Part shown: positions 27,415 to 36,609 of the stretch, in pieces
Layout of the letters: the number at the start of each line of letters is the position of its first letter
Numbering within the stretch: position 1 is the stretch's first letter
Assembly (NCBI GenBank): GCA_036500345.1
Contig: DASYCE010000016.1
Location: 13,085-77,084 of the forward strand
DNA length: 64,000 nucleotides
Origin: Gemmatimonadales bacterium
Lineage (GTDB): Bacteria > Gemmatimonadota > Gemmatimonadetes > Gemmatimonadales > GWC2-71-9
Reading direction: 5' to 3'
Translations under genes and position numbers: made by a program
Notes under the pieces: model-generated
Database searches by the model: none
What the model saw: the letters and a program-made list of their open reading frames with translations, nothing else
Told to the model about the DNA's origin: nothing

Positions 27415-29988
27415 TCAGATCTGAACACTGGAGTCGCGCTCATTGTCATCGGTACGACCCTCAAGTTTCCGCGCAATATCCTGTACCCGATTGCGAAGCT
27501 TCACCCGCATTGAGATTGTCTCGCGGGTCTCGTCACCAATTTGCTTCCGCACAGCCAAGGAGCGCGGCAGTGGCAGCACGATCTCATGCACTCGACGGCC
27601 CAATGTGTCGATGATGTCCTGGGTGAATTGCTTCGCGCGAATCTGACGCATGACAATCGATGTGTTCAGGCACGCAAGCAGGAGCCAGGGGTCGAGGTCC
27701 TTTGGCTTCAGGACTCGCAATCGATAGATGTGACTTTGGTAGAGCATTGGAAGATCACTATCAGTTACAATGGCCGTCGTACCAATCAAGTACGTGCCAT
27801 CACGTACCAATAGGATGTCTCCGGCCGCTACCTCTGCCTTGCGCTTCTCTGACTCGTAGATCGAGCGGCTCACACCATGCTTGAAGTCTGCCTTGATTTC
27901 CCAGTTTGATAGATCTGATGTTCGAATGAACGGAATGCGCCCAGTTCCGTAGGCCATCTTGCCAATCTCGGTGCCTGTCTCGACGGCAAGAATTCTCGCA
28001 TCGACCAAATTCCCCACCGTCACTAGGTCATGAGTCTTGGACAGCTGTTGCAGTGCCGCCTCGATCTCCGGATCATAGTATTGCGGCACGAGGATGCGGT
28101 TGCGTACATCGGTGGATGGCATCTTGAAGCTGAGGTGATCCACCGCACCCATCTTACCCTTTAAGAACGCCTGATACCGAGCCGCGACCGTTGGCACTTC
28201 GTCAAGTAGCACCATTCTTCCGGATGGATCCCGCCGATATGTCGGATTGCCGCGCGAGTCGTGACCGCACCACTTCACCGCGCCAAAGAACATCGAGTGA
28301 GTCTTCCGAGGCTCGGTCTTCTCGAGTACCATGACAGCGACCTTCGTATGCGTGCCGCTCTTGCCGCTCGTCTTGAAGAGTGACTCCGGCATAGTGACGA
28401 TTGCTCGGATCGTCGTCCGCTCCATTAGATAGTTGATCACGTACTCATACGACGGATTTCCGAGAATGCTTTCAGGCATGACAATACCAAGGCGGCCACC
28501 CACTACCAGGAGCTGAAGACAGCGCTCCAAGAATAGGATGTGCGGCGCTTGCTCGTCACGCAACTTGTCTGACTTCGAGATCGTTTGTGACTTCTTATCC
28601 TTCGACCACTTATACCCGAGTTCGTACTGAGCGAGCACCTGTGCACCCTTCACTGGAATCTTCGACCCGAACGGCGGATTGGTCATTACAACATTGAAGC
28701 GGCCCAGCCTGACCCGGTCCCGCGCATCGACTCTCCACTCGTCCGGTCGCATAAGCGCATTTTCGCAAAACACACCACCGCGGCCGTCACCGATGATCGC
28801 CATGTAGGCTTTGGTCACCTTCGCTAGAAACGAGTCCTTGTCTAGTCCGCGAAAACACCTCGACGCCAGTTCTCGCTTCTTCCGGTCAAGGATGACCTCG
28901 GACCATTCCTTTTTCTTGCCCTCACGTTCGAGCTTACCCCACACATGTTCCAGCGCAGCAATTAGGAACCCGCCTGAACCACAGGCCGGGTCAATCAGCA
29001 GATCGCCTGGTTCTGGATCGATCATATCTACGATGAGCTTGATGACGTTGCGAGGTGTGAAAAATTGTCCCTCAGCTCCTCGCAGCGCTGGGCCGATGAA
29101 GACCTCGAATGCGTCTCCCACGGCATCTCGATCCGCATCGATGATGCAGTAAGTCTGAAGTTCCCCTACGACGTACATCAGACTGGCAGCATCCAGCGTC
29201 ACCGCATCCTTCGAGGTGAAGACATCGCTGTACTCACGCTTAACCTTGAACTCAAAAGTCTCGACTATGCGCTTGCGCACATCCTTCGCAGTTTCGTCCA
29301 CGCCACAGCGAAAGGATACCATTTCGTCCGGTGCGGTGTTGATCTCATCGTAGATCTTGCAAAAGAGGAGGTTGATGATCTCCTGTGCCAGCGATTCATC
29401 CCGGGTGATGCCGGTCGTATTGCCTGCGAGATGGTTCCTGATGTCACGAAACACGGCCTTTAGATTGGAAGGCTTCTTGAGCTCGCGACGGCAGTAGAGT
29501 CCGATGTCCTCGACACGTTGACCGTACCGCGGAATGTTCGGCAACTCTTGATAAGTCCGGCGCCCGCTGGCGTGGTGTACCTTTCGGATGTAGGCGTGCT
29601 CGCTACCGTTGAACCAGACGCCAATCTCCGCGGTGCTCATATCAAGGTACAATTTCAGCTGAGCCAGGCCCTCCTTGCGCCGTGGTCGCTTGCACTCGAC
29701 CACCATTTGAAGTTCGTCCTCTAGTCGGTTGTTGCTCGAGAAGACAGCAATGTCGATGGGGAATGTCTTCTTGTCGTCAGAAGGACTCTTCCGCACGCGA
29801 TACTGTGGCCTAGTCTGGATATGCGCCTTGGGATACCCGTAGTCGGCCACGAGGCGCTTCGCGAACACCTGCACAGCATTGATCTCTTCGGGAGTTGGGC
29901 TAACGGCGACACCGCTAATGTAGTCCTCAACAGCATCGGTGTCCGTAGGCGCAAGAACATGCGCAGCATTCGCACCGCGTCGAGCCAC
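27415..29988 (-). CDS. fused restriction endonuclease/N6-adenine methyltransferase/TRD (type IIG-like)
   Basis: N-terminal PIDIAVF...VVECK PD-(D/E)xK; GQFFTP, DPACGSGGFL, NPPF; C-terminal IPFIRTSD..GDILL TRD-like segment. Confidence 0.9.
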   Translation of the reverse strand: MARRGANAAHVLAPTDTDAVEDYISGVAVSPTPEEINAVQVFAKRLVADYGYPKAHIQTRPQYRVRKSPSDDKKTFPIDIAVFSSNNRLEDELQMVVECKRPRRKEGLAQLKLYLDMSTAEIGVWFNGSEHAYIRKVHHASGRRTYQELPNIPRYGQRVEDIGLYCRRELKKPSNLKAVFRDIRNHLAGNTTGITRDESLAQEIINLLFCKIYDEINTAPDEMVSFRCGVDETAKDVRKRIVETFEFKVKREYSDVFTSKDAVTLDAASLMYVVGELQTYCIIDADRDAVGDAFEVFIGPALRGAEGQFFTPRNVIKLIVDMIDPEPGDLLIDPACGSGGFLIAALEHVWGKLEREGKKKEWSEVILDRKKRELASRCFRGLDKDSFLAKVTKAYMAIIGDGRGGVFCENALMRPDEWRVDARDRVRLGRFNVVMTNPPFGSKIPVKGAQVLAQYELGYKWSKDKKSQTISKSDKLRDEQAPHILFLERCLQLLVVGGRLGIVMPESILGNPSYEYVINYLMERTTIRAIVTMPESLFKTSGKSGTHTKVAVMVLEKTEPRKTHSMFFGAVKWCGHDSRGNPTYRRDPSGRMVLLDEVPTVAARYQAFLKGKMGAVDHLSFKMPSTDVRNRILVPQYYDPEIEAALQQLSKTHDLVTVGNLVDARILAVETGTEIGKMAYGTGRIPFIRTSDLSNWEIKADFKHGVSRSIYESEKRKAEVAAGDILLVRDGTYLIGTTAIVTDSDLPMLYQSHIYRLRVLKPKDLDPWLLLACLNTSIVMRQIRAKQFTQDIIDTLGRRVHEIVLPLPRSLAVRKQIGDETRETISMRVKLRNRVQDIARKLEGRTDDNERDSSVQI

Positions 29989-30205
29989 TGTTCCCTCGTG
30001 TCTTGGCGAAGTGATTGGCAGGCTTGAAGATAGATCGGAATTTCTAATGGAATGTAAGCGGGGACTACTGCCAGCGCATCCCCCTCCAGCGCCGCTTCAA
30101 GAGTGGACAGAGAAGCCGGCTAATCGAGCGCCGCGCGATTCGCGGGTCCCAGCCGCAATCTTGCAGTAGCAGCAACGTCGGGCACGCGGCGAGTTCGAAA
30201 CTCGG

Positions 30206-30646
30206 TCACCTGGCCAGTGGCAATGTCCTTTGTTTGGCCAAAGCGTAAACGCCAATAGCGGCTGCCACCAACATCAGCCCCGCAAATAGCTGCGGACTCG
30301 AACGCTGACCGTTCGCCATGAAGTTCGCGAAGTGCTCGCAGTTATTCCCAAAGAGATCATAAAGCGGGTTGCACTCAGCCTCGCGAAGCCGCGCACGCGC
30401 GCCAACCTCGTCAACGATTTTGCCAATGATCTTCCAGTTGGCCCGGGACTCGTCGAGCCACTGCGACCTGAGCTGCGGCGGCGCCTGATCGACCACGACT
30501 GGACGCCAAGGTTCAGCCTCAGCGAGCGACAGCACGTTGCCAATGTCGAGCACACCGAAATGCTTCACGACCTTCTGCGGATTTTCTTGTTCAACCAGGT
30601 ACAAGCCGTTAGGAACTATCTGTCCGCTGAGTGCGCAATAGGGCAT
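30206..30646 (-). CDS. LRAT/NlpC-P60-like acyltransferase family protein
   Basis: KHFGV, YDLFGNNCEHFAN, C-terminal TM helix. Confidence 0.75.
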   Translation of the reverse strand: MPYCALSGQIVPNGLYLVEQENPQKVVKHFGVLDIGNVLSLAEAEPWRPVVVDQAPPQLRSQWLDESRANWKIIGKIVDEVGARARLREAECNPLYDLFGNNCEHFANFMANGQRSSPQLFAGLMLVAAAIGVYALAKQRTLPLAR

Positions 30647-30959
30647 TGTTTAGCGTCCTGCTTATGACATATGACCAGTGACCGGAAGCGCCCCGGCCGG
30701 GCTACAGAATCAAACCTTGGTTCAGAAGCCTGACAAGCTCGGGCATCGGCGAGATCCCGGGGCCGGCTAGGTCCCGCGTTGAGGCCTAGGGAGTCCGTGT
30801 CGAAAATTGAATCGGGGCTGAAAGACGAGCCTGAACAGCGCATTCTAATGCGTGTCTGGACCCGGCAACTCATGATCAAGGCCTGGTAGCGACGAATTAT
30901 ACCGCGGGCTTTCGCCGGGGCTTGCGTTGTTCGATTAGTTAAAGAATCGATGGACGATG

Positions 30960-32441
30960 CTACGCTGGTCTATCAGCGGCCCGCCGCACGGTCCCCAACC
31001 CAGATAGCGCAGCGCCAGCTTTTCGGCGAGCTTCCACCGCGCGGTCCCGGATCTTCGGAGAGGGCAGATACTCAGGGATTAGCGACGGATCGGAAATCAA
31101 TCGGCGCACAGTAACTGAGTTCACCGTCACGTCCACCAACGAGGTATCGAACTGGGACCCTCGACCTTTGTTGAGTTCGGCCAAGACGACATCGAGCGAT
31201 AGAGCGTTGCGGTAAGGACGGTTCGTCGTCATCGCGTCGATAGTGTCCGCGATCGTGATAATCCTAGCGCCGAGCGGAATCGCCTCACCGGAAACTTGGT
31301 CCGGGTAACCTCGGCCGTCCCATCGCTCATGGTGATGCCGGACGCAGGAGACAACGTACCCTTGGAACCGCGAGAACAGGCCGACTAGGTCCGCACTCTT
31401 TGCAGAGTGGGTCTTCATGATGGCCCACTCCTCTTCAGTCAGCTTACCCTCCTTTTGAAGGAGGGGAGCAAACTCTGCGTGGATCTTTCCGACGTCATGC
31501 AGCAGCGCTGCGTTTTCGATCTCTTCGACTTGTTCGGGCGTCAATCCAAGATCAGTTGCGATCGCGCGCGATAGGCCGCATACGCGCCTTGAATGACCTG
31601 ACGTGTATGGATCACGGGCTTCGATTGCTTTCACCATCATTGCAAGCTGTTCTCGAACATTCAACTCGAGTTGGTCGTACGCCCCATCGAGCTCTCCGTA
31701 TAGATCTTGGAGGTTGTTGAGCTTCCCATAGATGTGCCTGAACCCAAGCAGCGGCAATGCCAAGGCTAGAAAGGCAAATCGCTCCAGTCCGCTTGCGCTG
31801 TTAGTCCGGACAAACACGCCTGCCACGAGCAGCGCAAGCATGCTTGCGGCGATATCGTACCCCAACACCCACATCGTATTGGACCGCCATGTGCGCAAAA
31901 CCGGCCTGTCGTTCGCAAGCGCGACGACCGTGCTGACGAGAAGGGAGTTCGCAACAAAATAGATCAGCGCCGCCACCAAGAAGGCGCCGATCTGGACAAG
32001 CGCAGCGTTGAAAACAGCCGGATGACCGGGCACCGCAGGCAACAGGAATTGCGGCGGATGCTGACCACCGAGCAGGTAGTACACCGTGAACGTGAGACCT
32101 ACTGAGATGCTACGTTCGGCAACGTTGAACGCAAGCCGCAAGGGAGAGTCTCGCTCCACAATCTTGGCGATTGCCTTTGCCAATGCCGCGATGAGGGCGC
32201 CCAAGAATGCACCCAGAACTAGGCCAACGGCGAGATGGAACACAAACACCAACGAGCCGGTCAGACCGCCAGCCTTATTGTGTGTACGAGACAATTCAAG
32301 GAGACATCCGACAAACAGGAAGCTGAAGACTGCCCACGCGTCGAAACCTGGTCGTGGCAGAACGCTGGTAACTCCAAGCACCAGCGCTGCAGCGACAACG
32401 ACACTGAACACGTAAATCCGAACAGCCTTCGGGAACGTCAT
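30960..32441 (-). CDS. multi-pass membrane HD-GYP c-di-GMP phosphodiesterase
   Basis: About 7-8 N-terminal TM helices; GHSRRV, LLHDVGK, HHERWDGRGYP, DAMTTNRPYR; start taken at ATG 32441. Confidence 0.92.
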   Translation of the reverse strand: MTFPKAVRIYVFSVVVAAALVLGVTSVLPRPGFDAWAVFSFLFVGCLLELSRTHNKAGGLTGSLVFVFHLAVGLVLGAFLGALIAALAKAIAKIVERDSPLRLAFNVAERSISVGLTFTVYYLLGGQHPPQFLLPAVPGHPAVFNAALVQIGAFLVAALIYFVANSLLVSTVVALANDRPVLRTWRSNTMWVLGYDIAASMLALLVAGVFVRTNSASGLERFAFLALALPLLGFRHIYGKLNNLQDLYGELDGAYDQLELNVREQLAMMVKAIEARDPYTSGHSRRVCGLSRAIATDLGLTPEQVEEIENAALLHDVGKIHAEFAPLLQKEGKLTEEEWAIMKTHSAKSADLVGLFSRFQGYVVSCVRHHHERWDGRGYPDQVSGEAIPLGARIITIADTIDAMTTNRPYRNALSLDVVLAELNKGRGSQFDTSLVDVTVNSVTVRRLISDPSLIPEYLPSPKIRDRAVEARRKAGAALSGLGTVRRAADRPA

Positions 32442-32473
32442 ATAAAGTGGGAGGGAAAACCCACGATCAATCA

Positions 32474-32548
32474 TCAGCCCCAGCCCTGCGTCTCCGCGTT
32501 GAACAAGCCCTCGACAAAATCGAGAGCAGCGGCCAGCCACTCTAGCAT
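32474..32548 (-). CDS. small 24-aa peptide MLEWLAAALDFVEGLFNAETQGWG (not in ORF track)
   Basis: Strong RBS GGAGGTGA just before the ATG, double TGA stop, 32 bp upstream of the HD-GYP start. Confidence 0.7.
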   Translation of the reverse strand: MLEWLAAALDFVEGLFNAETQGWG

Positions 32549-32759
32549 TTGCGTCACCTCCCGTCCTACTGCCAATGTCCTTCGACGAGTGGCAAACCCC
32601 GCTATGGTTCACCGGACGCTCCGCTGTATACAGCCGCTCACTTCGCTCAAAGACAGATCTCTGGGATCTCCCCCCCGTTATTCCTTTCGCGCTAATCGTT
32701 GACCTGCATCAACCACATGACCTTGTGCTTCTACTCTATCTCGCTGCGCCGAGCACCGC

Positions 32760-33497
32760 TCAACGCTTGTGCTGCATCGCCCAGCGGTTCGTCGCGTCAA
32801 GCACCGCATACACCGCCGCGTGCTCCGGACTCTCCCGCATTTCCGCCGTCCCCATCAGCAGCCGCGAATCACGCGACCCGCTCGCCAGCACGCCCACCAT
32901 CGCGAACGACCGGTCGAACAACTCCACCGCCTGCGCCCCCTCCAGCGCCAGCGACTGCGCATCGAACAACTTCCCCAGCGCAATCACCGCCGCCCGCGCC
33001 GCCGTCTCCATCCGGTTCCGCTGCGTGTCGGGCCCTTCCTCGATCACCGTCTCAGCATGATCACCAACCGCCAGCGTCACCGTCGCCGTCACCCGCCGCG
33101 ACCGCGGCACCGTGGCAATCGACAGATCCTCGAACAGCACCACTCGCTGTGCCGCGCGCTCGCGCACCGCGCCGAGATCGAGGGCCTGCAACGGCTTCAC
33201 ATCCGCCGTCGGCGCCACCGAGATCTTGCGGTGATCGACCTTGAGTCCCAGGTGCGCCAGCAACGCACTCTCGACGTTGCGGACCACCTGCTTCGGATTC
33301 TGTCCGGCGTGCGCGAGGATGTGGATCTCGCTCACCTCGCCCAGGGGTGTCGTCACCACCCGGGCCGAGAGAATCCCCTCGAGTGAAGTGAGAAGGTTCT
33401 CCGCCTTGCGGACCCCCCACGGGTCGGCGCTGGCATCGACAGGCGCGCCACCCGGCCGCGAGGCCGAACCATCATAGAAATGCGGTGATGCAGTCAC
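32760..33497 (-). CDS. conserved-looking hypothetical two-domain protein
   Basis: SARVV...EIHIL...PKQVVRNVESAL...DHRKISVA N-domain; C-domain ends AVLDATNR; host-like codon usage. Confidence 0.8.
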   Translation of the reverse strand: MTASPHFYDGSASRPGGAPVDASADPWGVRKAENLLTSLEGILSARVVTTPLGEVSEIHILAHAGQNPKQVVRNVESALLAHLGLKVDHRKISVAPTADVKPLQALDLGAVRERAAQRVVLFEDLSIATVPRSRRVTATVTLAVGDHAETVIEEGPDTQRNRMETAARAAVIALGKLFDAQSLALEGAQAVELFDRSFAMVGVLASGSRDSRLLMGTAEMRESPEHAAVYAVLDATNRWAMQHKR

Positions 33498-33529
33498 GGC
33501 GTGTCCCTTCCAGAGAACGTCGTCAATCC

Positions 33530-35218
33530 CTAGGCGATGTTGTTGCGACCGGCGGCCTTGGCCAGGTACAGCGCCCTATCCGCCTGTTCCAACAACGCTC
33601 CTTCATTCGGCAGCGACGGGTCGAACTCGGCGACCCCGATACTCACGGTGATCTGCCCCGAGAGGAAACCCAGCCGCCGCCCCGACTCTTCCACCCCTTC
33701 CCGCACCGCGTCGGCCACCCGCAACGCACCGGCCCGGTCGGTCCTCGTCAACAACGCCACGAATTCGTCGCCGCCATATCGCGCCGCCATGTCGGTGGCG
33801 CGGATCGTCCGGCGCATCTCGTCGGCCACCACCCGCAACACCAGGTTGCCGCGCTCGTGCCCGTAGCGGTCGTTCAGCTCCTTCAACCGGTCGAGATCGA
33901 GGAAGAGCACCGCGAACGAATCGCCGCTGCGCTTGCTCCGCTCCATCTCGTGCGACAACCGCTGCTGCAGCGAGCGATAACTCGCCAACCCCGTCAGCGC
34001 ATCGGTGCTCGCGTCGCGCGACGCGTCGTCGGCCCGCTTGCTGAGCCACGGCACGCACTGCTTGAGCGATGCGCGCCCGAGTGCAGCAGCCTGCGCGAAG
34101 CGATGACAGGTCGGATAGCCGCACGCCCGGCAATCCCACGGCTTCCCGTTCGGCCCCGTCCCGATCGCCTCGAGGATCGCCCGCACCGCCACCGCGTCGG
34201 CGACAGTGCGATTGGTGTTGAACGGGAAGACCGCCGTGACCGATACTCCATCACCGTCTTCATTCACCACCGGAACGCGACTCCTCGCCGGTTCGTACTG
34301 CTGCACCAGCATCCGCCGCCGGAAGAGATCGTCGGCCGGCCCCGCCGCCGGATGCGCCAGCGCGCCGGCGTGGGACTGCAAGTCGACGAAGCCGAGATCG
34401 ATGTGATCGTGACCCACCGCGCGCGCCAGTGCCGGCAGCGTGTCGAGGCCACGAACCGCGAGGAGCCTCCGCCCCTTCGACGATCCAGACACCACCATTT
34501 CGAGCGCCAGACCGCCGGCAACCGAGAGATGGCGCCGCGTTTCGGGCGGCAACCGGGAGAAGGTCCGCGGCATCGCTTCGGGCCGCACTTCCCTCAATGC
34601 AAAGAGCTGCTCCAGATCGACGAAAGTCAGCGTAGCGTCAAGTTCTTTGACAGTTCCGGCCGTGCTGACCCCCGCATAGACCACCGGGAGCGATTCACCG
34701 TGACGGCTTCGCAGGAATCGAGCCTCGGCGACGCTCGGCGTCGTGACAGGTGCCAGATAGGGAACGAGCTCGGGATAATTGGCGGTAATGGTGGCCACGA
34801 CGACCGGATCGGTCGAGCGGACGAGGGTCCCCCAGTCGGGATCTTCCCACAACCTGAGGTATTCCTGCGCCACAAGTTCTTCGCCAATGACCCCCCGGGA
34901 GACGTGGCGGAAGCCGGCATCGTAGCAGGCGTTGACCAGCTGTTCGGGAGTCGCCGGATGAAAATGCGCCACCGCCTCCGGTGCCAGGATCAGGGCACCA
35001 TTTCCCGCCTCGGCGATGGCGATCGCGCGCTCGACCGCACCGGTGGCGGTGATCGCCCCGTGCGGACATGCGGGGATGCACTCGCCACACTTGATGCAGT
35101 TCTCCTCCACCACCTCGACGACGTGCGCCTCCGGCGGGAGGGCGATCGCGTCGGTGGGACAGACACGGACGCACGCCAGGCAAGCGACGCATCGAGTTTC
35201 GTCAACGGCGAGACGCAC
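33530..35218 (-). CDS. diguanylate cyclase with 2[4Fe-4S] ferredoxin, degenerate [FeFe]-hydrogenase-like and FeS domains
   Basis: CVACLACVRVCP, CIKCGECIPACP, DCRACGYPTC, RATD I-site, RYGGDEF. Confidence 0.9.
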   Translation of the reverse strand: MRLAVDETRCVACLACVRVCPTDAIALPPEAHVVEVVEENCIKCGECIPACPHGAITATGAVERAIAIAEAGNGALILAPEAVAHFHPATPEQLVNACYDAGFRHVSRGVIGEELVAQEYLRLWEDPDWGTLVRSTDPVVVATITANYPELVPYLAPVTTPSVAEARFLRSRHGESLPVVYAGVSTAGTVKELDATLTFVDLEQLFALREVRPEAMPRTFSRLPPETRRHLSVAGGLALEMVVSGSSKGRRLLAVRGLDTLPALARAVGHDHIDLGFVDLQSHAGALAHPAAGPADDLFRRRMLVQQYEPARSRVPVVNEDGDGVSVTAVFPFNTNRTVADAVAVRAILEAIGTGPNGKPWDCRACGYPTCHRFAQAAALGRASLKQCVPWLSKRADDASRDASTDALTGLASYRSLQQRLSHEMERSKRSGDSFAVLFLDLDRLKELNDRYGHERGNLVLRVVADEMRRTIRATDMAARYGGDEFVALLTRTDRAGALRVADAVREGVEESGRRLGFLSGQITVSIGVAEFDPSLPNEGALLEQADRALYLAKAAGRNNIA

Positions 35219-35397
35219 GCAGCCCTTTTGTTACAGAGGTTGTTGCTTTGGAGCCACTGTCAACATGGCGATCGAGTTGAGAACTGTCAATAGGTGTAGC
35301 AGTTCAAAGGCTTGTGAGAAAGCGACTTAGACGAACGGCGCATGGTGCGAGAAATCGGTGGCAAACGACGGTTCCGAGAGCGAATTACCTTTGATTC

Positions 35398-35604
35398 ATG
35401 AATCGCGCCACGGCAGTGCAGCTGGAAGTTCAGCGACGCCTTACCGCCGCGGAGCGGCTGGAAATCACCGCCCAGATGTGCGATGCGATGCGGACCCTCG
35501 TCGCTGCCGGGATCCGGATGAGGAACCCGGGGTGGGGTGAGGACGAGGTGCGGCACGAACTGCTGCGGATCTACGAGGCGCTGGCACCGGAAACTGCGGG
35601 TTAG
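35398..35604 (+). CDS. small helical hypothetical protein (type often paired with nucleotidyltransferases)
   Basis: Q....RRLT..ERL.....M.......AGIR.RNP pattern. Confidence 0.6.
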   Translation: MNRATAVQLEVQRRLTAAERLEITAQMCDAMRTLVAAGIRMRNPGWGEDEVRHELLRIYEALAPETAG

Positions 35605-36428
35605 GCCTCGTCCTTTGGCAAACGTCCTTCGCAGGCTTCGAGGAACAGGCGTCGCACCTCCTGCTTCTCAGCAGACAGCAGCTCTCGTTTCAGTACCGCT
35701 CTGCTACCGGCGAGGAGCCGCGCATCTCGATCGCGAGGGATGCCGCCGCCGCCGCGAATCGCTTCGATGAGGCCCCGCAACTCTCCCTCAGGCACCTCAA
35801 AAGCCGCCCTGCGGGCCATGGAAGCGAGGGTGGTATCGCTGGCAGTGACCAGTGGATCAGCTATCAGGGGCCGGTTTGGTGTTAGTGCATCCCTGGGCTT
35901 GCAACTGAGAAACGACGAAACGTCATCAGCGTGCCACTCGTGGCAAGTATCTGCCTCCTGGAGCAGGAAGAGCGACTGACTGCCGCGAGAGGGCTTGATC
36001 CCAACCAAGTGAACGCGAACTCCAAACTCCTGTGCTTGTTGGACCCCTACACGCAAATCCTCGTCTCCCGACAACAACACCGCATCGGACATGGCTCGAT
36101 TACGCGCAAGATTGATCATGTCGGTCACGATCAGCGAATCGACTCCCTTTTGTTCGCCGACACTGTTGACGAAGCCAAGGCGTACCTTGACGCCGTGTAG
36201 GTGGGCCAGAGCTATATGCTGTGAAGTTGGTCCTGTTGACGTCCCATCGTACCAGTACACCCGAAGAATTGGGACGCCGGAAATCTTCTCGGCGAATTCC
36301 TGAAACGCCGCGACGACTCGTTCATGATCGAGGCCAACCTCGCCCCGCTGAAGCTTTTTCCCATGCAGGAGCACCGATCCTTGCGCGAACAAATATCCGG
36401 CATCCACAAATACAGCTACGCGATCCAT
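35601..36428 (-). CDS. NYN domain (PIN-like) ribonuclease
   Basis: VFVDAGY, RVYWYDG, EQKGVDSLIVTDM, LLSGDEDL, LLQEAD. Confidence 0.92.
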   Translation of the reverse strand: MDRVAVFVDAGYLFAQGSVLLHGKKLQRGEVGLDHERVVAAFQEFAEKISGVPILRVYWYDGTSTGPTSQHIALAHLHGVKVRLGFVNSVGEQKGVDSLIVTDMINLARNRAMSDAVLLSGDEDLRVGVQQAQEFGVRVHLVGIKPSRGSQSLFLLQEADTCHEWHADDVSSFLSCKPRDALTPNRPLIADPLVTASDTTLASMARRAAFEVPEGELRGLIEAIRGGGGIPRDRDARLLAGSRAVLKRELLSAEKQEVRRLFLEACEGRLPKDEA

Positions 36429-36450
36429 GTAAACCTCTGGGACTAGACAT

Positions 36451-36479
36451 AAAGTGAAAAGGGCCCCCGAAGGGACCCT
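36451..36479 (-). terminator. intrinsic terminator 5' of the NYN gene
   Basis: AGGGTCCC-TTCG-GGGGCCCT followed by TTTCACTTT. Confidence 0.75.
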
Positions 36480-36532
36480 GTAGTACGCCGCCCCATTAAT
36501 TCGCGCAGAGCGCGTAGTCGGAGCAGCGTGCC
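36451..36532 (-). ncRNA. candidate ~80-nt structured RNA upstream of the NYN gene
   Basis: 10-bp stem ACGCUGCUCC/GGGGCGGCGU enclosing a CGCGC-UCU-GCGCG hairpin; TTGACT -35 at 36559-36564. Confidence 0.55.
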
Positions 36533-36609
36533 AAAACTATCGGCCAATTGGCCCCAAAAGTCAAGGCTAAGGCGGCCTAACTCGATCTCGGTGCGCAGCG
36601 CGCAAACAG

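Noticed and set aside
32442..32612. N-terminal extension of the HD-GYP ORF from the ORF track
   Set aside because: The extension looks non-protein-like, and the best RBS serves the small peptide ORF in another frame.
32590..32635. c-di-GMP-I riboswitch (GGCAAACC...GGACGC on +, TAGCGGGGTT on -)
   Set aside because: The fragments lie on opposite strands and the GAAA tetraloop and GCAAA junction are missing; an Infernal search would settle it.
26479..32700. Prophage or integrative element
   Set aside because: No integrase, phage genes, tRNA target or flanking att repeats were seen.
35256..35290. Direct repeat ACTGTCAA upstream of the GGDEF gene
   Set aside because: It could be a -35 box or operator, but two 8-mers alone are too little to support a call.
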